DNA of 32,000 bases from assembly GCF_016889045.1 (NCBI RefSeq), contig NZ_CP069447.1; one strand, written 5' to 3'. Position 1 is the stretch's first letter. Each line of letters begins with the position of its first letter. Under the pieces are notes generated by a model, which saw only the letters and a list, made by a program, of their open reading frames with translations, was not told the DNA's origin and did not search any database. Below, piece by piece: positions 23,811 through 32,000 of this stretch. Position numbers and translations under genes: made by a program. The stretch comes from Escherichia coli (GTDB taxonomy: Bacteria; Pseudomonadota; Gammaproteobacteria; Enterobacterales; Enterobacteriaceae).

Positions 23811-23873
23811 AATTTTCCTCTCCTGGTAGGCGAGAAATCTGGGATACGAACCACTAAACGTGGGCAGTTTGAA

Positions 23874-23907
23874 TTAATGCGCATCGGCTTAAACCGATGC
23901 GCATTAA
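23874..23907. other. Perfect 14-bp stem-loop in the gap between the two transporter genes
   Basis: TTAATGCGCATCGG (23874-23887) / CCGATGCGCATTAA (23894-23907). Confidence 0.75.
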
Positions 23908-23908
23908 A

Positions 23909-25342
23909 TTATTTCTTCAATTCAGCCAGAACCTCTGCGTCCTCAGCATCAACATTTGCACCCAGTGGTTCCCAATTAATCAATACACAGGTCAGGAATC
24001 CCAGGAATGGCACGATTGCCAACCAGTAAAACGCTTCAGTTTTCAACGCACCCCACAGCATCGGCCAGAAAATGAGTCCTGCAATTGCCCCTGTGCGCAT
24101 AATAGCGCGGGCAAATCCGACCCCAGTAGGGCGAATAGCGGGAGGATAAGAGAGTGTGGCAATGGTCATGCCCAGCCCACCAGGACCCGCTGAATGGAAG
24201 AAAATAATTGATCCCAATAACCCTAAAGACAGCCAGGGATTAGTCGTTGCCAGTGCGCCTAACGACAGCAATGCTAAGGTCACAACAGCAAATCCATACA
24301 TCGACTGTCGGCGAGTACCCAGTCGTTGGAGAATAAACGAGCCGATCATCCCGCCTGTCACCCCACAAAGGGCATTCACGACGGCAGAACCGGTTAACGC
24401 GCCAGTAAGCCCGCCACTTATTATTCCCGCCAACGTAAGAGGAAGATAAACACCTACGGCGTTATATTGCCACGCCTGCATGGTTGCCACGACACAGCCA
24501 AGAATGGTGCGTTTGCGGTAACGATCATTAAATAAGATGCCATATCCACCACTGTATTTATTCTCTGCTTTTTCCGAGAATTTCGCTTCTGTTGTACCCG
24601 ATGCCGCAACGCGAGCCTGAACACCATAACGTTTTCCCAGAATGTCGCACGCTTCCTGGTAACGCCCGACGCGTGCGGCCCACATTGCGGATTCACCAAT
24701 AAAGAAGTAACGCAAAATCATGAAGATGACTGCAAAAATAGCTCCGATGAATATTCCGTAACGCCACAATTGTTCTTCAGCGATACCCGACAGAAGCAGC
24801 GGCAAAAGCACCAAATAAACAACGGTTGTCGAAACATACCAGGCCATTTGCCAGAGGTTGACCGACGTGCCGGTTTTCTTCGACGTTGAACCACGAAGCT
24901 CTGCCACGGCATTGGTTGCCAAAGGGAAGTCGATGCCTAAACCAAAGCCCATGATGACGCGGCACACCAGCACCCACCAGATACTGGGAGCAATAGCTAC
25001 CGCTGCAGCACCGATGGTGCACAGCCCCATGCCAATAATAAATGCCCGCTTTTGCCCAAAGCGGTTTATTACTCGGTTCGCTAATAAACCGCCAATTAAC
25101 GCGGCGATTAATACTGATGCATTGACGGTTGCAGCAAGACCCGGCGAAATGCCGAATTGAGCGGCAATGTATTTATTACCAAACCCCACCATCGCCGCCT
25201 GGTAGGCATCAATCAATATGCCGCCCAAAGCAATAAAAATAACGCCGATACTGGTGTTGATTGCAGAGTTCTTATTAACAATATCAATTACGTCCTGTGG
25301 CCGACTAATTGAATAAGTTGCAGGACTGGTGATTTGACTCAT
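23909..25342 (-). CDS. MFS sugar/organic-acid transporter
   Basis: 477 aa; GFGLGIDFPLATNAVAELRG, KRTILGCVVATMQAWQYNAVGVYLPLTLAGI; sugar-porter-like. Confidence 0.85.
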   Translation of the reverse strand: MSQITSPATYSISRPQDVIDIVNKNSAINTSIGVIFIALGGILIDAYQAAMVGFGNKYIAAQFGISPGLAATVNASVLIAALIGGLLANRVINRFGQKRAFIIGMGLCTIGAAAVAIAPSIWWVLVCRVIMGFGLGIDFPLATNAVAELRGSTSKKTGTSVNLWQMAWYVSTTVVYLVLLPLLLSGIAEEQLWRYGIFIGAIFAVIFMILRYFFIGESAMWAARVGRYQEACDILGKRYGVQARVAASGTTEAKFSEKAENKYSGGYGILFNDRYRKRTILGCVVATMQAWQYNAVGVYLPLTLAGIISGGLTGALTGSAVVNALCGVTGGMIGSFILQRLGTRRQSMYGFAVVTLALLSLGALATTNPWLSLGLLGSIIFFHSAGPGGLGMTIATLSYPPAIRPTGVGFARAIMRTGAIAGLIFWPMLWGALKTEAFYWLAIVPFLGFLTCVLINWEPLGANVDAEDAEVLAELKK

Positions 25343-25370
25343 CGCAGTGTCCTTTTTAATTGTTGTAGGG

Positions 25371-25394
25371 TGGCGCTGGCGTGACGCAGCGCCA
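25371..25394. other. 8-bp perfect stem-loop between dehydrogenase and transporter genes
   Basis: TGGCGCTG (25371-25378) / CAGCGCCA (25387-25394). Confidence 0.6.
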
Positions 25395-25411
25395 GACAGA
25401 GATTTAGAAAA

Positions 25412-26422
25412 TCATTCCGGCGCAAATTGCAGCATGACCTTTATGGAATCATTTTGCTGCGCGCGTTCGAATGCCGCCGCTGCATCCTCAATGGCAAATA
25501 AATCGGTAACCAGTTCACTGGTATCAAACCGCCCATCCGCCAGCCATTCGATAACAGCATCGAAATCTTCAGGGATGTACATGCCAGAGTTGAGCAAGTC
25601 ACGCTCGAAACGTTGCATCATCGGTAATGGTATTTCACGCGGCCCACTTGGTACGCCCATGCACACGACGGTGCCTCCGGCATATACACGGGTACATGCA
25701 TCGTTAAGCGTGGCCTGCGCTGCAACGACATCAATCGCCCCCGTAAATCGCACATCTGCGGCCAGCTCACCTGGTGCCCAAACTTCTGCTGCGCCCAGCT
25801 TTAACGCCAGCGCGCGTTTGGCAGCGTCAGGTTCAATCACGGTAATCTTACCTGCCCCCATAATGCGCAGTGCCTGCACGATGGATAAGCCTATCGTTCC
25901 GGCACCAATCACCAGTACGCTTTCCAGAGAAGCTTTCGGCATTCGGTTAACGCAGTGACGAGCACAAGCCGCCGGTTCGGCAAAGGCCAACACTTTTAGC
26001 GGTAAAGAGGCTGGTGCGACATGGCAATTACGCGCAGGAACAATGTGTTGTGAGCGAGCAAAGCCCGGTGCGCGGAAACCAGCAACCTGCGGTGGTTCAC
26101 AAAGATTAAAACGTCCTGCTTTGCAGGCTCGGCATTCCATGCAAGCCATGATGGGATCGACCACAACATGATCGCCCGGCTGTACATTTTTAACGTCGCT
26201 GCCCACTTCCGTAACGCGCGCTGCAATTTCATGACCGGGGACGACAGGCGGTTTGGCAAACGGATGACCGCCTTTCAGAACATGCAGATCCGAACCGCAT
26301 ATCCCGTAGAACACGGGCGCAATCCGTACTTCGTGCGGTTTAAGTTGCTGGTGTGGTACTTCAACATATTGAGTGGTGACTTTCCCAATATCTGAAAATA
26401 AAACCTGGGTAATTTTATCCAT
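25412..26422 (-). CDS. Zinc-dependent medium-chain alcohol/polyol dehydrogenase (sorbitol/L-threonine/L-idonate dehydrogenase type)
   Basis: 336 aa; GICGSDLHVLKGG, PVVPGHEIAARVTEVG, CMECRACKAGRFNLC, VLVIGAGTIGLSIVQALRIMGAGKITVIEPD nucleotide-binding loop. Confidence 0.9.
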   Translation of the reverse strand: MDKITQVLFSDIGKVTTQYVEVPHQQLKPHEVRIAPVFYGICGSDLHVLKGGHPFAKPPVVPGHEIAARVTEVGSDVKNVQPGDHVVVDPIMACMECRACKAGRFNLCEPPQVAGFRAPGFARSQHIVPARNCHVAPASLPLKVLAFAEPAACARHCVNRMPKASLESVLVIGAGTIGLSIVQALRIMGAGKITVIEPDAAKRALALKLGAAEVWAPGELAADVRFTGAIDVVAAQATLNDACTRVYAGGTVVCMGVPSGPREIPLPMMQRFERDLLNSGMYIPEDFDAVIEWLADGRFDTSELVTDLFAIEDAAAAFERAQQNDSIKVMLQFAPE

Positions 26423-26454
26423 TGTTATTCTCCAGAATCGATATCCATAGGGGA

Positions 26455-27342
26455 TTAGCGTTGCGCGATACCTTCATCGACAATTTCAGCCAGCCGTTGC
26501 AAGCGTGGAACGGAGACATCGCGCAGCATGGTTTGTGGATCTTGTGCACCAACAACCGACGCCCAAACCGCTCGTCCAGCCAGGAAGCCCGACGCACCAC
26601 CTTTCATGGCAATACTTACTGCACGGCCAAAAATATCGGCATCAACGCCAGAAGAAAGAATTACCCACGGCATCTTCATCTGATCGTTAAGTTGCTGACA
26701 GGCGGCAAGTAAGGTTTTTTCATCGCCTTTGCCCCCTAATGGCATCTCGGCTTTGTAAAGATCAGCCTCTGTTCCACCAAGCTCTGCGGCGGCGGCAACA
26801 ATGGCGCTTTCACGATCAAAGTCCCAACCGCGACGAGGTGGACGCACCACAGGTTCAATAATGCTAACCAGCCCGGCACTACGGCAGCGACGAACAAATT
26901 TATCAACCATTGCCAGACGTTCCTCTGCGGGTTCATCTTCACGCCAGAGTACAAGTAATTTCATTGCCTTAGCCCCCATTTCACGGGCTTTATGCGGGTC
27001 GACGGACATATCTATTTCAACGCTATCAACCGGGATGCCATTACCTGGGATAAAAAGATCGGCAGCGACAATCAGGCCGCAAGAATTAGCCACAGCGCCC
27101 TGCTCGACTATTTGTTCAAGACAAAATTGTTTATCCGCCAGAACGGCAGAAGCATAAGGAGAAAGGATTCGGGTCGCGGCAACTTTAAAATCGGTGAGTA
27201 CACTGTCGGCGATGGGTTTTGGCTGCCCTGCTGCCGCAAACATCAGGCGCATGGCCTCACGCTGATCGACAGCTAACATGGCGAATCCACCACCTGGGCG
27301 GGAGATATCTTTCAGCGTAAATGGGGTGAAGTGGGATGACAT
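26455..27342 (-). CDS. YihT-like class I aldolase (sulfofructose-1-phosphate aldolase family; LacD-related)
   Basis: 295 aa; [78 protein letters not shown]; strongly similar to remembered K-12 YihT but clearly divergent. Confidence 0.88.
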   Translation of the reverse strand: MSSHFTPFTLKDISRPGGGFAMLAVDQREAMRLMFAAAGQPKPIADSVLTDFKVAATRILSPYASAVLADKQFCLEQIVEQGAVANSCGLIVAADLFIPGNGIPVDSVEIDMSVDPHKAREMGAKAMKLLVLWREDEPAEERLAMVDKFVRRCRSAGLVSIIEPVVRPPRRGWDFDRESAIVAAAAELGGTEADLYKAEMPLGGKGDEKTLLAACQQLNDQMKMPWVILSSGVDADIFGRAVSIAMKGGASGFLAGRAVWASVVGAQDPQTMLRDVSVPRLQRLAEIVDEGIAQR

Positions 27343-27366
27343 AGAAACTCCTGTTAATAGATAAAA

Positions 27367-28245
27367 TTAAAGACCAGCCTGCTGGCGAACCTGATTTAGC
27401 AGGGCGCTCCAGTCCTGCCGCCCTTTGCCGTCTTGACTTGCTGCGGCGTAATAACTTTCTGCTGCAATCCCCATATTGAGCGGCGCCCCCGTTTTCCGAG
27501 CGACGTCAACTGCAATACGCAGATCTTTCAATGCCAGGTCCACCATGAAGGCGGGAGAAAGATCGCCTTTCAGCACTTTGCCAGGCCAGGTGGTCGTAAA
27601 ATGTCCTTTCCCTGCTGCCGTACCACTCATCACCTTAATTGCGACATCAAGATTTAATCCCAGTGACTCACATAACACAGCGGCTTCGGAGGACAGCGCA
27701 TTAAGCGCAATGCTCATATAGTTGTTAATTAGCTTCACGCGGATCCCCATTCCTGGGCCACCAGCCTCGACCAGCTCATTACCCATGCACATGAGAATCG
27801 GGCGTGCACGCGCAATCTGCTCATCAGTGCCGCCCGCTAAAATCAGCAATGTGCCATCAATCGCATTCACTGACGTTCTGCCCACGGGGGCGTCCATCAT
27901 ATTGATGCCTTTTTCTTGTAATTCCCGTATTAATGCATCGGTCTGTAAGGGATGAATAGTCGACATATCAATCACTAACGCGTCAGATGAAACAGTTTCA
28001 CAGACGCCTTTTTCCCCCAACAGCACCTGTCGAACAATGTCCCCATTGGGAAGCATAGTGATGATAAATTCAGCGCTTGCTGCCGCTTCCGCTGGGGTTT
28101 GTGCCGCAGTGGCCCCCTGCGTAACTAGCGCATCGACGGCCTGTGTATTGACATCAAATACCTGTAATGAATGCCCTTTTTGCAATAGATTGTTAGCCAT
28201 TGGGCTACCCATCTGCCCCAGCCCGAGAAATGCAATGGTTGCCAT
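27367..28245 (-). CDS. YihU-like 3-sulfolactaldehyde reductase / 3-hydroxyisobutyrate dehydrogenase family
   Basis: [31 protein letters not shown]..., [47 protein letters not shown]. Track start at 28446 is an artefactual 67-codon extension. Confidence 0.88.
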   Translation of the reverse strand: MATIAFLGLGQMGSPMANNLLQKGHSLQVFDVNTQAVDALVTQGATAAQTPAEAAASAEFIITMLPNGDIVRQVLLGEKGVCETVSSDALVIDMSTIHPLQTDALIRELQEKGINMMDAPVGRTSVNAIDGTLLILAGGTDEQIARARPILMCMGNELVEAGGPGMGIRVKLINNYMSIALNALSSEAAVLCESLGLNLDVAIKVMSGTAAGKGHFTTTWPGKVLKGDLSPAFMVDLALKDLRIAVDVARKTGAPLNMGIAAESYYAAASQDGKGRQDWSALLNQVRQQAGL

Positions 28246-28302
28246 GAATACTCTCCTGTCTGACATTGACAAAATAATGACAATTGAAAATTCGTTTTCG
28301 TC

Positions 28303-28339
28303 TGTTTTTGAGCATATTTGTAATTTATGTTCAAAAACA
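28303..28339. promoter_or_regulatory. Imperfect 37-bp palindrome in the divergent yihU-like/yihV-like promoter region
   Basis: TGTTTTTGAGCATA (28303-28316) - TTTGTAATT - TATGTTCAAAAACA (28326-28339); 13 of 14 arm positions pair. Confidence 0.75.
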
Positions 28340-28417
28340 CGACACGCATCACTAATTTGATCATTTGTGTCATTTAAATTGACCAAAGACGACAAAATTA
28401 AACAGGACAAGACAAAT

Positions 28418-29314
28418 ATGACCAGAATTGCATGCGTGGGTATCACAGTTCAGGACAGAATTTATTCTTTGCCCACTCTGCCGGAGGGTGGCGGGAAATA
28501 TCAGGCAAATCATTATCTTGAGATTGGTGGCGGCCCGGCAGCAACAGCCGCTGTTGCAATCGCAAAGCTTGGCGTGGAGGTTGATTTCATCGGTCGCATC
28601 GGCGATGACAGTTGTGGAAATACCTTACTTGCAGAACTTGAGGGTTGGGGCGTCAATACCGCATTTTGCCGCCGATATCCTAACGCCCGTTCGTCGCAAT
28701 CAGCGATCCTCGTTGATCAGCATGGCGAACGGATTATCGTTAATTATCCAAGTCCTGATCTCGGTACTGATGCCGAATGGTTAGAAGCGATCGATTTCTC
28801 TCGTTATGATCTGATTCTGGCCGATGTTCGCTGGCATAGCGGTACTGAAAAAGCATTCTCGCTAGCGCGCCTTGCGGGTGTGACAACGCTTTTAGACGCC
28901 GATATGACACCGCAGGATATTTCTCCACTTGTCGCGCTTGCCGATCACGCCGTGTTCTCAACACCAGGGCTGAAACGCATGACTGGCCTGCAGTCACCTG
29001 AAGAAGGTTTGTTCCAGGCAACGACACAAACAGCAGGTAAAGTGTATGTTACGCTGGGTTCTGAAGGATCGTTGTGGATTGAAGATGGTCATTTGTGTCA
29101 ACAGGAGGCATTTTCTGTCAATGTGGTTGATACCACTGGAGCAGGCGATGTTTTTCACGGCGCACTCGCGGTAGCGTTGGCAGAAAAAATGCCAACAAAA
29201 GAGGCTATTCGTTTTGCCAGTGCGGTTGCCGCGATGAAATGTACCCAGCCTGGCGGTCGGGCCGGCATTCCTAATCGTGAGCAAACCGAATCATTTTTGT
29301 CACTTTATGCGTAA
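28418..29314 (+). CDS. YihV-like PfkB-family sugar kinase (sulfofructose kinase family)
   Basis: [46 protein letters not shown]..., [19 protein letters not shown]; start at 28418, track start 28367 extends 17 codons too far. Confidence 0.88.
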   Translation: MTRIACVGITVQDRIYSLPTLPEGGGKYQANHYLEIGGGPAATAAVAIAKLGVEVDFIGRIGDDSCGNTLLAELEGWGVNTAFCRRYPNARSSQSAILVDQHGERIIVNYPSPDLGTDAEWLEAIDFSRYDLILADVRWHSGTEKAFSLARLAGVTTLLDADMTPQDISPLVALADHAVFSTPGLKRMTGLQSPEEGLFQATTQTAGKVYVTLGSEGSLWIEDGHLCQQEAFSVNVVDTTGAGDVFHGALAVALAEKMPTKEAIRFASAVAAMKCTQPGGRAGIPNREQTESFLSLYA

Positions 29315-29353
29315 AATGGTAAACATCTACCGAGGAGGGGCAAGGGAGTATTC

Positions 29354-30142
29354 ATGAGTATCATCGAAGTGACAGGTAATCCACGCCATGACCAACTCGT
29401 TCATCTAATCGCAGAACGCGGTTATATGAATATTGAAGAACTGGCACAACTGCTGGATGTTTCAACGCAAACCGTGCGCCGGGATATCCGAAAACTCAGT
29501 GAGCAGGGCTTGATCACCCGTCATCATGGAGGGGCCGGGCGCGTCTCCAGCGTCATGAATACCGCTTTTGAGCAACGGGAACTTTCGCTCACCGCCGAGA
29601 AACGGGCGATCGCTGAGGCAGTCGCCGATTACCTTCCCGAACGCTGTACCGTCTTTATCACCATCGGTACAACCGTAGAAGCCGTTGCCAGGGCATTACT
29701 CAACCGGCGTGATTTACGCATTATCACTAATAGCCTGCGTGTGGCACAGATTCTTTATAAGAATCAGGATATTGAAGTGATGGTGCCGGGAGGCACTTTA
29801 CGCGCTCATAACGGTGGGATTATCGGCCCAGGAGCCGTGGATTTTATTGAAGGCTTCCGCGCAGATTATTTAATCACCAGTATAGGTGCCATTGAACATG
29901 ACGGCACCCTACTGGAATTTGATGTCAATGAAGCGTTAGTCGCGAGAACGATGATTAAACATGCGCGGAATACATTGTTAGTGGCCGATCATACGAAGTT
30001 TACCGCGTCTGCTGCCGTTTCAATTGGCAATGCACGGAATGTCAGGGCTTTTTTTACTGATGCCCCGCCTCCCAATTCTTTCTGCCAGTTGTTAAGTGAA
30101 GAGAATGTTGAACTGGTGGTTGCCGAGCAAGAAGTATCCTGA
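29354..30142 (+). CDS. DeoR-family transcriptional regulator, YihW/CsqR-like
   Basis: 262 aa; HDQLVHLIAERGYMNIEELAQLLDVSTQTVRRDIRKLSEQGLITRHHGGA; VMVPGGTLRAHNGGIIGP. Confidence 0.9.
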   Translation: MSIIEVTGNPRHDQLVHLIAERGYMNIEELAQLLDVSTQTVRRDIRKLSEQGLITRHHGGAGRVSSVMNTAFEQRELSLTAEKRAIAEAVADYLPERCTVFITIGTTVEAVARALLNRRDLRIITNSLRVAQILYKNQDIEVMVPGGTLRAHNGGIIGPGAVDFIEGFRADYLITSIGAIEHDGTLLEFDVNEALVARTMIKHARNTLLVADHTKFTASAAVSIGNARNVRAFFTDAPPPNSFCQLLSEENVELVVAEQEVS

Positions 30143-30173
30143 AATTGAAACTTCGGTTGATACGGTTTTCGTT

Positions 30174-30196
30174 GGCCGGATTAAGCACATCCGGCC
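30174..30196. terminator. Hairpin between convergent regulator gene and yihN
   Basis: GGCCGGAT (30174-30181) TAAGCAC ATCCGGCC (30189-30196). Confidence 0.55.
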
Positions 30197-30201
30197 ACTA
30201 A

Positions 30202-31467
30202 TTAAGCTTCAGCCGCCAACATCTCTTTCTTACGTTGGCTAATACGCTTAACCAGCATTACGGAAACCACCGCACCACAGAATGCGAAGCAGGCCATAAT
30301 GCCAAACACGATTTTGTAGCCAATAATCCCCGGATTTAAATCCAGAATGTAGCCATACAGACTGAAGCAGAACATCGCCGGGGCGTAACCAATAAAGCTA
30401 CCCAACGCCATCGCCGCGCCTGTTTTATTTTCAGCAATTTTTGCTTCGCCGATAGGTGCAAAAAATACGGCTCGCTGTGTGAAGACTATAGCGCCAAAGC
30501 CCAGCGTACATGCCATCCCTAAATAGACCGGCATACTTTCGTGCGGCAGCATAATCAACAGTACGAGCGCAGCGGTACTGATGATAAAGGTGTAGCATAG
30601 ATATTTACTCGGCGATTTCAGGATCTTATCTGAAATCATGCCACCAATCGGTCCTCCAATCATTTTCAGACAGTATTGGTTAATGATGCCGTAAGCCCCC
30701 ACCAGAGCAACGGGCAATAGATAGATGTTTTTCAGGAATGGAATGAAGAATGTTAGGCCACAGTAAACCGCGTAAACGAAGAAGACGTTGAAAGCGATAA
30801 GCCAGATGGTTTTGTCTCTCAGCACCGAGGTCATACTGGTGTTTTGCGATGCTCCGTCTTCTTTTTTCACCTCAACGGACGGTGCCTCTTCTTTGTCATT
30901 CAGGACAAAGAAAATGATAATGCCTACGGCAATCACAATAAGGGAATAGAACCAGATGCCTGCTTTAAAACCCAATAAGCCACTGCCAAACCAGGTAAAT
31001 ACTGCCAACGCAGAAAATGCCACCACGGTATCGACAATGCCACGCCCTGTTTCGAAGAAGCCAAACAACCGACCTTGTTGTTCGCTATTGCCCAATCGAC
31101 TTACCGACTTGAGCAAGACCGGCCAGTTCATCATGTCGCAAGTAACGCCAAATAGCGCCCAGACAAAGAGGATGCCCCAATACCCCGGCATTGTCGTCAA
31201 ATAAACACCCAGTAATCCTGTCGCAATGAGTGAGAATGACATGGTGTATCTGCGCGGTAGTTTATCGGCAAAATAAATAGACAGAAAAAAGCCCACTGTG
31301 GTGACAAATGAGTTTACCGACATAGCATTACCAATTTGACCATTGGTCAAATGGAAATATTCCTGCATCGGGATATAAAACGCATCTTTCAGCGACGGTA
31401 ATTTATAAATTGTACCGCCACACAGTGTTAATAGGCTAAATAACGCCCATTTCTTTTTCGTGAGCAT
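30202..31467 (-). CDS. yihN: YihN, MFS transporter
   Basis: 421 aa MLTKKKWALFSLLTLCGGTIYKLPSLKDAFYIPMQEYFHLTNGQIGNAMSVNSF... Confidence 0.85.
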   Translation of the reverse strand: MLTKKKWALFSLLTLCGGTIYKLPSLKDAFYIPMQEYFHLTNGQIGNAMSVNSFVTTVGFFLSIYFADKLPRRYTMSFSLIATGLLGVYLTTMPGYWGILFVWALFGVTCDMMNWPVLLKSVSRLGNSEQQGRLFGFFETGRGIVDTVVAFSALAVFTWFGSGLLGFKAGIWFYSLIVIAVGIIIFFVLNDKEEAPSVEVKKEDGASQNTSMTSVLRDKTIWLIAFNVFFVYAVYCGLTFFIPFLKNIYLLPVALVGAYGIINQYCLKMIGGPIGGMISDKILKSPSKYLCYTFIISTAALVLLIMLPHESMPVYLGMACTLGFGAIVFTQRAVFFAPIGEAKIAENKTGAAMALGSFIGYAPAMFCFSLYGYILDLNPGIIGYKIVFGIMACFAFCGAVVSVMLVKRISQRKKEMLAAEA

Positions 31468-31568
31468 AACATTCCCTAAGCGATTTTTAAAATCACTGTT
31501 TTAAAGGCAATAAGATACCGACCATTCATATGGAATGGTTTTATTAACTGCGTATGAGTTAAAACTTA

Positions 31569-32000
31569 TTAGTTGTTCAGAAGATGGTTTGCCTCTTGTT
31601 TGATTTGTTGTAGTACGTTACGCACATGATTTATCTGATTAATTGCATCTTCTTTTTCTTTACGTAACCGCGCATCCAGTAAATGATTTTCTGGCAATGG
31701 TGTTTCACTCATCTGGCGATAAGGGATCCACGGATTATCATCTTCGTCTTCAAAGCGGAACGCCGGTGCATAATAATCAACCTCTTCTTCCAGGCCATAT
31801 GCCGTCACCTGCGGCTCATCATCACCCAGGCAGATAAGGTGCGTTAATAACGCTTTGAAGGGCATATCCCCCTGACCTGAAATACAGGCTTTATGTCCCA
31901 GGCCACCCTGTTCTTTAACGATCAAAGCATCTTTGATATGGACCTGAGTAATATGCGGTGCCATCGTTTTTAAAGCGTCGATGGGATGCTCATTTGCATT
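31569..32000 (-). CDS. yihM: YihM-like sugar phosphate isomerase/epimerase, C-terminal part (5' end outside the window)
   Basis: Frame stays open upstream of track start 31964 to the window edge (NANEHPIDALKT-MAPHITQVHIKDALIVKEQGGLG...); VHIKDA is typical of xylose-isomerase-like TIM barrels. Symbol based on synteny with yihN. Confidence 0.65.
   Translation of the reverse strand, partial: NANEHPIDALKTMAPHITQVHIKDALIVKEQGGLGHKACISGQGDMPFKALLTHLICLGDDEPQVTAYGLEEEVDYYAPAFRFEDEDDNPWIPYRQMSETPLPENHLLDARLRKEKEDAINQINHVRNVLQQIKQEANHLLNN

Noticed and set aside
25347-25958. 203-aa plus-strand ORF opposite the dehydrogenase gene
   Set aside because: Serine/alanine-rich shadow of a well-supported minus-strand MDR dehydrogenase.
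28246-28446. 67-residue N-terminal extension of the YihU-like ORF ([15 protein letters not shown]...) that looks like a signal/TM segment
   Set aside because: The Rossmann start [13 protein letters not shown] at 28245 is the family-typical N-terminus; the extension crosses the divergent promoter region and the start of the YihV-like gene.
31521-31539. ACCATTC-ATATG-GAATGGT hairpin between yihM and yihN
   Set aside because: Only 7 bp and AU-rich; the T-rich flank is on the strand opposite to the local genes, so not called as a terminator.

Overview
This 32 kb window is an Escherichia coli-type chromosomal segment, running opposite to the usual K-12 map orientation. It contains, in order: rhaR (cut by the left edge), rhaS, rhaB, rhaA, a 4.5-copy 92-bp REP/BIME array, rhaD, rhaM; a carbohydrate-porin-like gene where K-12 has the frv genes; a yiiG remnant; fdhD; fdoG (in-frame Sec UGA), fdoH, fdoI, fdhE; a CopG-like gene; a small accessory block (38-aa ORF, two small basic/Cys-rich ORFs, a RelE/HigB-HigA-like toxin-antitoxin pair, an HSL-type hydrolase); fabY/yiiD, dtd, yihY, yihX; an accessory catabolic cassette; yihN and the 3' part of yihM (cut by the right edge). 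The best candidate for an unusual system is the cassette at about 21.5-30.2 kb. It encodes homologues of the sulfoglycolysis enzymes YihT (aldolase), YihU (sulfolactaldehyde reductase), YihV (sulfofructose kinase) and YihW/CsqR (regulator). It has no YihQ-type sulfoquinovosidase or YihS-type isomerase, and instead has a zinc-type medium-chain dehydrogenase, an aldose-1-epimerase-like protein and two different MFS transporters. A near-perfect 14+14 bp palindrome sits in the divergent promoter region. I infer a variant pathway for a 6-sulfo (or otherwise 6-modified) sugar or sugar alcohol entering through the dehydrogenase. All family and homologue comparisons are from memory; no database search was run.
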